Shown here one piece after another: positions 15,991 to 28,949 of a stretch of DNA of 64,000 bases. Position numbers and translations under genes: made by a program. The notes under the pieces are model-generated. The model had not been told where the DNA came from, searched no databases, and saw only the letters and a list, made by a program, of their open reading frames with translations. The stretch comes from the human T2T-CHM13v2.0 reference genome, Homo sapiens: assembly GCF_009914755.1 (NCBI RefSeq), contig NC_060926.1; one strand, written 5' to 3'. Every line of letters begins with the position of its first letter. The stretch's first letter is position 1.

Positions 15991-17278
15991 TGACTGGTCT
16001 CACCAGGACTTACAGTACTATGTTGAATAGAAGTGGAGAAAGCAGGCATCCTTGTCTCGTTCCTCATCTTAGTGATACAGCTTTCCGTCTTCCATCGCTG
16101 AGTATGATGTTGGCTGTGAGATTTTCATATGTGGCCTTTATCACATTGAGGACTTTTCCTTCTATTTCTAGTTTATTGAATGTTTTATCGTAAAAACTTG
16201 GTCAATGCTTTTTCTGCATAGATTGAGATAATCATGTATTTTTCCTTCATTCTGTTAATTTAGTGTATTATATTGATTTGCTCTCCTATGTTGACCCCTC
16301 CTTGTATTCCAGAAATAAATTCCATTTGGTCCTGATATATAATCCTTTCAATATGCTGCTGAATTCCATTTCCTAGTATTTTGTTGAGGATTTTTGCATC
16401 TATATTCATAAGGGATATTAGTCTGTAGTCTTCTTGTAGTTTCTTTGTCTGGGTTTATTATCAAAGCAATAGTGATGTTATAGAATGAGTTGGGAAGTAT
16501 TCCTTCCTCTTCAATATTTTTGGAAGAATTTGAGAAGAATTGGTGTTGATTATACTTTAAATATTTGGTAGAATTCACTACCAGATGGTAGAAGCCATCT
16601 GGCCCTGGGCTTTTCTTTATTGGAAGTTTTTTTTATTACTCTTCAATTTCCCTACCAATTATAGATCTATTCTGATTTCCTATTTCTTCTTGAGTCAGTT
16701 TTGGTAGATTATGTGTTTCTAGAAATTTTCCATTTCATCTAGTTTATTTAATTTGCTATTGTACAACAGTTCATGGTATTCTCATAATCATTTTTATTTC
16801 TGTAAAATAGGTAGTCATGTCTTACTTTGCTCATCAAAACTTTTGATTTTTTACAAAGGTACAAAAGCAATTCGGTGGAGAAATGATATTCTTTTCACAA
16901 ATGATGCCAGAAATAATACCATTAGACCATCCATAGGTGATGAAAATGAACCTTGACTTAAGCTTCACACATTATACAAAAAAAAAAACAAAAACCCCAC
17001 ACACAAAATGAATTGTAGATTTCCATGTAAAACTTTTAGAAGAAAACATTAAGAGAAAATCCTTGAGAACTAGGGTTTGGCAAAGAGTTCTTAGACATGA
17101 CACCAAAAGCATGACTCATAAAAGGAAAATTTGAGAAATTGAACATTATAACAATTTTAAACTTTGGCACCATGAAAACCCTTTTTAAGGCAATGAAAAG
17201 ATAAGCTACAGACTGAGAGAAAATACTCGCAAACCTCTTATCTGACAAATAACTCAAATATATAAAGAACTCTCTGAG

Positions 17279-17758
<480 letters not shown>

Positions 17759-18567
17759 AGGCAAAAGACATAAAGAGATATATCACCAAAGAGGATATAT
17801 GGCAAGTAAGCACATGAAAAGATGTTCAACATCGTCAGCCTTTCAGGAAATGAAAATTGACACCATGATGAGATATCACTATACACCTATCAGAATACCT
17901 AAAATATAAAATAGTGACAATACCAAATGCTGCTGAAGATTCAGAGAAAGTGATCTCTGAGACATTGAGAGTAATAGGAACGTAAAATAGCACAACCACT
18001 CTGGAAAATAGTTTGGCAGTTTCTTAAAAGCTAAGTAGTCAACTACCATCTGACCCAGTAATTACACTCCTGGGCATTTATCTCAGAGAAATGAAAACTT
18101 ATGTTCACACAAACCCCTGCTGGTGAATTATCATAGCAGCTGTATTCATAATAGGAATAGTTGGAAACAATCCACATATCCTTAAACAGGTGAATGGTTA
18201 AACCAACAGTGGCATGGAATGCCATGGAATTCCATGGAATGACATGGAATATGACTCAACAGTAAAAAGGAATGGAGTATTAATACACATAGCAGCTGGG
18301 ATAGAGTGCAGGACATTTGGCTGAGTGAAAAAGCCAACCTCAAAAGCCTACATACAGGTTGCTCTGGTGGCTGTGCAGATCTGCACTGGTGATACAGTGC
18401 CATACGCCTATACACACACATTGTACTAAAGTCAGGTTCTTGGCTATGAGATCATACTGGACTTATGAAAGCTAGACCATTGACGGAAACTGGGTGGAGG
18501 GTGCACAGTGCCGTCTGTACTATAGTGGTATGCCCTGTGACTCTACAGTCATTTCACAATAAAACAT

Positions 18568-18891
18568 GTTTTGTTTTGTTTTGTTTTGTTTTTTGGGCGG
18601 GGGGTGTTTTGAGACAGAATCTTGCTCCATCGCCCAGGCTGGAGTGCAGTGGAGCGATCTCAGCTCACTGCAACCTCCGCCTGCTGGGTTCAAGCAGTTC
18701 TCCTGCCTCAGCCTCCTGAGTAGCTAGGACTTACAGGTGTGTGCCACCATGCCCGCCTAATTTTCTGTATTTTTAGTAGAGACAGGATTTCACCATGCTG
18801 GCCAGGCTGGTCTTGATCTCCTGACCTTATGATCTGCCTGCCTCAGCCTCCCAAAGTGCTGGGATTGCAGGCGTGAGCCACCGCACCTGCC
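18568..18891 (-). mobile_element. Alu (S-type)
   Basis: Antisense dimer with (GTTTT)n tail. Confidence 0.93.
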
Positions 18892-19359
18892 AATAAAAAC
18901 ATATTTTAAGGCCCTAGGGGAGAAGGTATGGCAATTTGACAACTTTTGGTGGATTGCAGTTTGTTTTAGATGTGTATCGTGGTTATGTTTTTTAAAGAGA
19001 GAGAGATGGGATCCTTATGTTTCAGAAACATATGCTCTGGTGTTTACAGATGAAATTATATTGTATCTTAGATTTGCCCTAAAAACCATCCAGTCGGGAG
19101 GGGAATTAGATGATGAAACAAAAGTGGCCACATGTTGAGAACTGTTGAAGCTGGACAATGAATATACAACGTTCCTTATACTATTTTCTCTCCTTTTGTG
19201 TACTTTTGAAACTTTCCATAATAGAAGTTTTTAAACATAAATGAAATAAAAATCATGAGTGTTCCTAGGGACTTGTAGCTGTGTACAAGGTTAGCAGAAG
19301 GCCCTTGGCTCCTGCTTGCAAGCTGGGTTCTGGCCACTGCCTCCAGGTCGGAGACAGAG

Positions 19360-19727
19360 TGTATTAGTCCATTCTCACAGTCCTATAAAAAAATACCTGA
19401 GACTGGGTAATTTATGAAGGAAAGAGGTTTAATTGGCTCACAGTTCCACAGGCTTCACAGGACGCATGACAGGGAGGCCTCAGGAAACTTAGATCACAGC
19501 GGAAGGTGAAGGGGAAGCAAGTACCTTCACCACATGGCAGCAGGAGAGAGAGTGAGCAAAGGGGGAAGTGCCGCATACTTTTAAACGATCAGATCTCATG
19601 AGAACTCATTCACTATCACGAGAACAGCAAGGGGGAAATCCGCCCCCATGATCCAATCACCTTCCACCAGGCCACACCTTTAATTCAACATGAGATTTGG
19701 GCAGGGTCACAAATCCAAACCATATCC
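19360..19727 (-). mobile_element. MaLR LTR (MST/THE1 family)
   Basis: tgtattagtccattctcac…gagactgggtaatttat…ccaaaccatatc; near-TSD cagag/ctgag. Confidence 0.85.
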
Positions 19728-20399
19728 CTGAGGGTTTCCCAGGTCAGTTCTGGGGACACATGTGGAGCTTTAACTGTTCCTGATGTTGGCTCTGCCAGGC
19801 CTTTGGGCTCCACTTTTAAGGAATTTGCCATTTGCCACCCCAGTCATCCTCCCAGCTTCCATCTGTTCAAGTGTTCATCCTTCCATTGGTTTCTTCATCT
19901 GTTTCATCACCATTTATGTGTTTCTTCCATCCATCTGTTTACTCATTTATTTACTTAACATTTCCTAAACGTCGACATTACGACATTAACAAATAAGTCA
20001 TGGCTCCTGCCTTCAAGGAGCTCAGAGTCTATCTGGTTGGGGGGAGTCAGACCAACATAGTGTACAGGGATGCGTTTCCTTCTGTGAGAGTTGCCTGTTC
20101 AAGCTCCCTGAGAGTAAGATAAGAGTCATGAATGGGACTCTCACAGACGAGAAAATGTCTGAAAAGAGTCTTCAAAGTTCATATTTTCACCTATGTTGGG
20201 CCCATGTGGATAATCCAAGATAATCTTCCTATTTTGAGGTCAGCTGATTAGCAGCCCTGGTTTCATCTGCAACCTTAATTCCTCTTTAATTCCTCACGTA
20301 ACATAACATATTCACAGGCTCTGGAGATGCCATCTTTTCATCTTTTGGAGACCATTATTGTGCCTCCTGCAAGAAGAGAGTCCAGATGCAGACCCAGCT

Positions 20400-21900
20400 A
20401 TCTAGAATCTCAACTCAAGGACAGAGCAGACATTGTAGGTCCATGGGAAAGGACTGCCCATTCCATGAATGGTGCCAAGACCATTTATTATCCTTACAGA
20501 AGAAAGAAATTGGTTTCCAACCTCACTCTATACCACAAAAATCATTTCCAGGTGGATTAACAGCATACATATCAAAAGAAAAGTTATAAAACATTAAAGG
20601 ATAACAGAGAAGAATATCATTATGACTGAGGTTGGAAAGAATTTCCTAGACACAGAAAACATACACCAAATAGGACTAGATTGACAGATTTGTCTATATT
20701 AAAATTAAGGACTTCCGTTCTTCAAAAGGCACCTTAAAAATAGTAACAAGCCACAAACTGGGAGGAGATAGTTGTGGCACATCTGAGTGACGGAGGTATC
20801 TAGAAGTGAGGAAAGGAATGTGTGTGTATACATACATACATGAATACATACATATTTTTATGTCAATGATATGTTAAAGATAAGCAATTCAATAGACAAA
20901 TGGGTAAAACTCATAAACACTTTACATTAAAGGAAAATATAAATGGCCCATAGATAAAAGGTCAACTCATTAGTAATCTAAAATGTCAATTAAAATCACA
21001 GTAAGATACCATTTCATACCCATTAGACTCAAGAATTTAAATGTCTCGTAATGCCAATCACAAGAGCTGGCTGGGATGTGGAGGGATGGAACATTCTTGC
21101 GCCGCTTTCAGGTTCTGGGAAACTATTTGGTGTGCCTAGGACCCAGCAGGGCCACACACACCTAGGCGTCTACACTCAGCAGTGTGAATTCACACCAGGG
21201 GTGGTGATTTTCCCCAACTGGACAAATATCTTAGCTATTATGATGGTTTATGGCTCTCCAGAATGCCACATTGCGTAAGCAATACACAATACATTTGTGG
21301 TATTGATTTCATAGGGGCAGGAAAGGATTAGGAAAACAACGTGCTCCTTAGTGGGGCCGTCATGAAAGCAGGGTTGAGAAACAATGTCCTAGAGAAACCC
21401 TCCAACGCATGCCCAGGAGGCATGCAGACACTGTCCAGCAGCACCACCACAGCAGCACAGGGAATGACCCACCCTGCTCCAGCAGTACAGCCAACACACA
21501 AAATGTGAAAGACTCATACAACACAAGACTGTGTGGCAGTGAAAATGAAACAATCACAGCTACACACACAGTTGAGTGAAAAGAGCCAGCCAGAGAAGAG
21601 TGGATTTGCTGGATCCCTTTAGACAAGGTCAAAACTTAGCATAACTGACAGAACTAAATGCTAAGACAAAGGCATGAGAATGATTTATTACAAGTTCTAA
21701 CTCTTGAATATCTCTACAGGAGGGAGATGGGAATGGGACTGGAATGGAGTATACAAGATATGGAAGGTCAAGTTTCTGGTGTTTTTCTTAAGTAGAGTGA
21801 TGGGTATCAGGACTGTTCATTGTATTAAATTTCAAACCATATTTGCATGTATGTAACTATGTTTTCTTTGAATACACACATATATATTGCATAACAAAAT
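20400..21900 (+). mobile_element. Degraded L1ME-like fragments
   Basis: A-rich sense L1 ORF2/3' motifs (taagataccatttcatacccattag; acaaatgggtaaaa). Confidence 0.55.
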
Positions 21901-22262
21901 GTTAACATTTTTCCTAAGGGCCTATACTATAGCCAACACAATGGAAAATGGTTTGTCACTGAATACAACCTAAGGGGCTCTCGAGCTGTGTGATGGTGAA
22001 TACTTATGTTTCCTTGTCAGCCAAGTTGCTGTAGACTGGGTGATGGGTGACTAATGGTGGTGGTGTGAGTGAGTTGGTGCATTCTTTCACCCAGGCCACA
22101 TGTTTGTGGCAAGGATGGTTTGAGAACCTAGCCCTGCAACCTGCACGCTCCCCCTGCAGAAGAAGCATTTGTCCTGAACCCACTGGGCTCCTTCTCCACG
22201 TGTTCTCCCCTCAGCCCTTCCCAGCCCAGCCCCCTTTGCCCAGCTGCTGTCTCTCCTTCCAG

Positions 22263-22402
22263 CCATGCCTGATGGAGCTCTGGACACAGCTGTCTGCGCT
22301 GACGAAGTGGGGAGCGAGGAGGACCTGTATGATGACCTGCACAGCTCCAGCCACCACTACAGCCACCCTGGAGGGGGTGGGGAGCAGCTGGCTATCAATG
22401 AG
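22263..22402 (+). CDS. ARHGEF4: ARHGEF4 exon, APC-binding region (MPDGALDTAV...EQLAINE)
   Basis: Polypyrimidine tract + CCAG acceptor, donor GAG|GTAGGG; recognisable Asef ABR peptide. Confidence 0.95.
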
Positions 22403-23395
22403 GTAGGGTCAGGGCTGCACGGGCAGAGGGAGGGACAGGCTGGGGCTACAGGCTAGATTCCAGCACGCTAATGCAGGCCAGATGCCCACAGTCCACGTTC
22501 CATGTGGCTGCTGGTGGTGCTGGCCATACACAGCGCAGTTTCAGCCTGCAGTCCTCATTTGGGATGTGGTGTCAAGAGCACGGTTTGTCCAACACAGGAC
22601 TCCCTGTGCCCTCCTGAGGCCCACAGAGCAGATGCAATGCCAGCGTGCTGGTCCACCTTATGGGGCTGTCCTAGTGAGCAGCTGTCAAGAGCCATCCCAG
22701 CTGGAGGAGTCCTACTTAGTAGAAGGGAGGCTAGGGCTTCTCCAGTCACTCCAGCCCCTGACCCCCCAACCAGCCATCTGGGCAGGCTGGGAACAAGTTG
22801 AGGGAAAAACCATTTTCTCTCCTGACAACAGGAGTTCAGAAGTATTGCTGTTGCAATGACAACTGCGTGCAAGTTGCTGTGTTTTTGCTATTCCTACTGA
22901 AGCAAAAGAAATCCATGAGAATCCTCATCCAGGCAAAACTGGTTCCCATCTGAGTTCTCCCTTTGCATTCCCAATGAGAGAGGAATCGTGATGCTTTAAC
23001 GCCCCTCTCTTTCTCACTCACCCTCCTACTTTCTCAGCCTCTTTTACTTAACTGGAGGGTGTTGTTGAACGTCATGGAAGTGTAACCAGTTGACCAGCAC
23101 AAGCACATGCCCATAGCAAATGCCATGTTCTCCAGTCAGGAGGTACTGGTGTGTTTCTGCTTCATTAAAACTGGACTCTGACAACCCAGGATCTTATAGC
23201 ACACAGGTTTTTCCTTAAGAAGAGATCAATTTTGGAAGAGTTAGACTTTTCTGTGAATGAATTAGTTGGGGGGCTTCTCAGAAGCCAGTGAGGAGGGTGG
23301 CGTCCTCCTTACCCACTGGACAGAGGAGTGGAATCAAAGGCCCATGAACTCCTCCTAGAGGCCCAGCTCTAGATGATGATTTAAAACAGTCATTA

Positions 23396-23796
<401 letters not shown>

Positions 23797-23864
23797 CTAC
23801 TTGGGATGGAAGGTGTTCTGAAATGATGCCACCTGAAGCAGAATTCACAAGGAATGGTTGTGCT

Positions 23865-24277
<413 letters not shown>

Positions 24278-26402
24278 TGACCATTTGAGCTGGTTCACAT
24301 GGCTGTGACACCAGATGGTGTGAGGCTGTGCAGGGCTGATGGTAACTGACTGCACACACCCAGCAGGGTGGGCTCTCAGTACATCTCCAACCACGAGGGT
24401 GATCATCCCAACCAAAGCCCTCAGGACTCCGGAGAGGTGGGGGTTCCATGGCTGGCCTTATGGCTGCGTTGATCTTGTGTCTGCATTTCATAGTTGTGTG
24501 TCTCCTACCTGAGGATAAAATTATGGATTGTCACATCTTGCTGCTGGCGAAGAGGTGTTTTTTTTGGGCTCTGAGTTCCTTGACAAGTTGTTCATTCTAA
24601 GATGCTTTGGCCGAGAAAGGCCAAGAGCCAGGACTTCTCTGAAAAAATAACCCAAAAAATGAGGCTCTGTCATCTTTCTGAGGGAAAGGCAGGCAATTTA
24701 GATTTGGATTGTGTAAGCGCCTGTTTGGTCCTGTTTGGTTCAGAGGTCTCTCCTGGCATTAGAGGTTGCTGAGCAGACGGAGTGTTGCTGCTTTGCCTTA
24801 ACGTTTAGGGCGCGTGTCCCCAGGGAGAAGGACACACACATCACAGAGGAGAGCAGGAAGTCAGGCAGAGGGAGCCCGTCTCCTGCGATGCTGCAGGCTG
24901 GTGCTGGGGAGGCTGGCTCCTGTCCCAGATGGCATCCACGCGCCTCATGAAGGCTACCAGTGCTTCCAGATCCTCATGTAGAAAGGCTGTCCTGAGAGAG
25001 GCAGTAAGAAGGGCAGGCCTGGGCTTGGAGGCCTCTCTGGGTCCAGCACAGCGCTGCAGCAAGGCCATCTCTGTGTTTTGTGGGTGGATGTGACACCGGA
25101 GCCCTCACTGTGCCTAGCTTGCACTGCAGACTCAGGAAAGGTGGTGCCTGCCTGTTAGGAGCCGCCAGGAGCATTAAGTGGACTCACTCATCAGAAACTG
25201 AAAAGATAAGAAGTGATTGTCCTGCGACAGGCCAGTTCCCGGGCCTTCAGGGCAGCACTCCCACGGGCTCAGCCAGAAGCTTTGCTGGGGGTTAGCGTGA
25301 CTTTAATATCTAGAGATGAGCAAAGCAACAGGTGTCAGAAAAAAGTCCTTACTAAATAATATTTGGCTTGCCCTAAAATCACACATTCACTTCTATTTTC
25401 TAAGAATATGTAGGGGCTAAATTGTGGCCCTTTCTTATCTTTTTGAGCTCTCAGTTCCTTGACAAGTTGTTCATTCTAAGATGCTTTGGCCAAGGAATAT
25501 CTAAGATGTTTGACATCAACATGAACAAGAAAGGGTCACAATTTAGCCAGATGCCTCCCTCAGAAGGGGAAACCACCTTGCAATTTCCTAAGCAGAACGA
25601 ATGCAAACCCTCTGGCCTGGAGAGCGGCCCACTCGGGGCAGAGCCGCGAGGCAGTTTGCATTCCAGGTACATGAGGAGTGATTTTTATGCTTGCACACAG
25701 ATGTGTGTGCACGTGCTGTACATAAAGGGTGTGGGTGTGTGTTGCATACATGTAACGTGTGTAGTGAGTACTTGCGTCAGGGACGCACCAGGTCCTAGGA
25801 TGCAGCTGTGCAGAAGCCATAGTCCTGCCTGCAGGGAGCTGCCCACAGGCCGTGTCTGTGTGGGCCCCTGCATTGTCCCATATGGGCCTGAGGAACGTGC
25901 AAACAGGCACAATGTCTCGTTCCTTCTGCATTCCTTGAGTTCCCTGTGCCCTGCCCCTCGTGAGTGTCCAGTCCCTGCCAGGCAAATTAAGGAATGCAGA
26001 CGCTGAGTGTTTTCAGTGCCCAGGAGTGTACTCTCTTCTTCCAGCACTGGCCCCTCTAGGGCCTACCCCCAAGGCCATGGCCCAGGCCTGGGCCTGTCTG
26101 CCCAGTTCCTCGCCCTCCCCCTTGACTCTCTTGGGCTGCACTGTGCCCCTGCAGTCAGGCCTGAGGCCACCCTAAGCCCCCTGGACTTTTTCTGAAGCTA
26201 AAGCCAGAAGCGCCTGTCAGTGAGAGTGACCACCCAGCTCCCTCCCCACCACCACCACCGTGTGGGCAGTGCTGCCAGTGCGAGCCATGATGTGACCAGG
26301 GGAGAGGACGGCCTGGCTCCTGCTGGGGAGGTCTAGGGTCTCCCATTGCCCACTGGCACCTGTGAACAGCAGCCTGTCCCCTGCCTCATGTCTTGCAGCA
26401 TC

Positions 26403-26882
26403 CTGTGAGCTGCTTCTGCCCCACCTCATGGAGTGCCTAAGCCCAGCTCGTCTTCCAGCCTGGTGAGGATGAGCACGAGGTGTCTGGCGCACTGATAGGC
26501 ATCAGGCTCCTCTGTGGGGCCGAGGAGGGGGAACAAGAGCCAGGTCCGGCCTGGGGACAGATGTCCCCAGGGCAGGGTCACTGCCCTTGCTCTCCTGGCA
26601 TTCTCCATGAGACAACCCGAGGATGCTATAGGACATGAGGCCAGCTCTTGGTCACCCCTCATGGAGTCACTCTGACTCGCTCCAGGTGTTTTTGTCTTCC
26701 CTGAGTTCCCGTGCCGCTGGACATCCCTCCCCAGTCCTGACCTGGCTCTTATTCCCCCTCCTCAGCCCCAGGGAGGAGCCTGATGGCTGTCAGTGCTGCA
26801 GATACCTTGTACTCATCCTCATTAGGCTGGACAGCAAGCTGGGCTTAGGTGCTCCATGAGGCGGGGCAGGAGCAGCTCACAG
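26403..26882. repeat. Inverted repeat, 164-bp arms (26403-26566 / 26719-26882)
   Basis: Manual ungapped alignment gives about 25 mismatches in 164 nt (~85% identity). Confidence 0.92.
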
Positions 26883-27137
26883 TCCCTTGGGGCCACTGCT
26901 GCCACTTTTGCGCAGGGCTGCAAGGTCACCTGGTGGCCAGCCCCTCCAAAGTGGCTTTCCTCTTCCCTTTGTCCTCCCAAAGCCACAGCACTGGGGGCTC
27001 ACCCCTCATCTGCCCCAGACACCTATGTCTCCCTTCTGCTTGCACCTCAGTCCTGCCACCAGCCTAGTTGGGCCACTCCCCTCCCTGGTGGGAGCTGTCT
27101 GTCCAACCCCTCAAGGGCCTAGGCCTTTGCCTTCAAG

Positions 27138-27468
27138 CTTTCTTTTCTTTTCTTTTCTTTTTTCTTTTTCTTTTTTTTTTTTTTTTGAGACGGGGTCTCA
27201 CTCTGTCACCCAGGCTGGAGTACAGAAGCGTAATCTTGGCTCATTGCAACCTCCACCTCCCAGGCTCAAGTGATCCTCCCACCTCAGTCTTTCTCGTAGC
27301 TGGGACTACAGGCACACGCCGCCACTCCTGGCTAATATGTGTATCTTTTGTAGAGATGGAGTTTCACTATGTTGCCCAGGCTGGTCTCAAACTCCTGAGC
27401 TCAAGCGATCTGCCCGCCTTGGCTTCACAAAGTGCTGGGATTACAGGTTGTGAGCCACCACACCCTGT
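27138..27468 (-). mobile_element. Alu (J-type)
   Basis: Antisense dimer; TSD tgccttcaagctttt. Confidence 0.93.
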
Positions 27469-28149
27469 CTGCCTTCAAGCTTTTCTGTTAGGTTTTTGGT
27501 CATGAAACTCACATAGGAAAGCTGTTACCACTGCCGTTCCTGCCATAAACCCAGCTCTCTGGGATATAGAGGCTGGGGGCCCCTAGGCAGGGAGAAGGAC
27601 CCTGCTCAGTCCTCAGTCAGGGGTGCTTCAGCCACCTTCAGTCCTCCCCAGGCTGCCCTGCTGTGCATGGGGCAGAGGATGTGCGCAGCACTCAGCTGGG
27701 GCTGAAGAACCAACCCCTGCCTGCCCAGGCCTGGCCCAGTGGCCGAGCAGGCTGCTGTAGACCCTCCAGCACTCAGTGCCTTTGCCGGCCATCCAGCTCA
27801 CCGACCCACTGTACCCAGGGCCCAGAGGACATGTACCCTTCTGGGTGGCCAGCTGTTCAGAGGCCACAGGTGCACAATGAAGCATCCACACGTCAGGGGT
27901 TCGAAGCCACACCCCATGAGAGGACACATCACCATCTTACTAGAGGACTGCTGGGATTTGGGGGTACCAGCGAGACTTTAGATGTCTTCTGATCCCCCCA
28001 ATTCTCCTGACAGCTTGGGGGAGCAAACCTGCAGACCAGCGTTTTCTAAAGAACTGGGCATGAGCAGTACACCAGGCGGATGGGCCCAGGCTGAACCTTC
28101 AGATGTGAGGGAGGCACACAGCCTCTCTGGACACATCCCTGACACTTCT

Positions 28150-28325
28150 CTGCACACACACACGGGCACCCACATGTTGTACATAGGCACATGCATGGAA
28201 ACCCCACCCACATACACACAGGTACCCATATGTATATACACACAGAGGTATCCCCTTACACAGAGGTGCCTATGCCCATGCACACACAGGTACCCCTTGT
28301 GTACACACATGCACACACATGTGGC
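28150..28325. repeat. Degenerate CA-rich repeat (cacacaggtaccc-like units)
   Basis: Recurrent acacacaggtaccc / cacagaggt motifs. Confidence 0.6.
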
Positions 28326-28949
28326 ATCCACTCTGCTTTACAGTCAACAGGATGGTGACATTCAGGGTACACTCACCTATCTTTGCAAGGGGTGGCCAAG
28401 AGCTGGCCACACACAGAGAGATCAGAGCATACAAAGTCACTCCCATGGGAACACCCAGTCTGCACACATTCCCTCTGTGCGCCCCTCCCTGCCCTCCAGG
28501 AACTCTTCTTGCTCCAGGATTCAAAGCACTGAGCTTGTTGCCCAGAAATCTCTGCCCATGCCTGAGCGGAGTGTTTAGCCCTCTCCCCTGCAGTCTTCTT
28601 ATCTCTCAGAAGGACACACTGACTGTACCTGGGCTGTCATTCTTAAGGATAGAATGAGAGCTCTTGCACAAGAGCTTTGAAACCTACAGGGTTAAGGTTG
28701 CAGGCTGTGTCGAGTGGAGGCAGAGGAAGCCCTGGACGCCTGGCTTTTCCAAAGGAACACAATGCTGCTCGGACGCTGCGGTCAGTGAAGAGGGGCCCCT
28801 CAGGGTGGATCGCTCCCACCGGAGTTTAAATCCTGCCTCCACCATCCCTGCATTCCTGCGCGATTTTATGACTGAGCAGAATCCCTGACCTTTCAGAGCC
28901 ACGTTTACTCATCTGTGAAGTGGGGGCCTGCGGCCAGTCCTTGTAAGGA

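Noticed and set aside
18213-18250. (CATGGAATNN)x4 resembling HSAT GGAAT satellite
   Set aside because: Only four 10-bp units inside an L1M; local slippage is sufficient to explain it.
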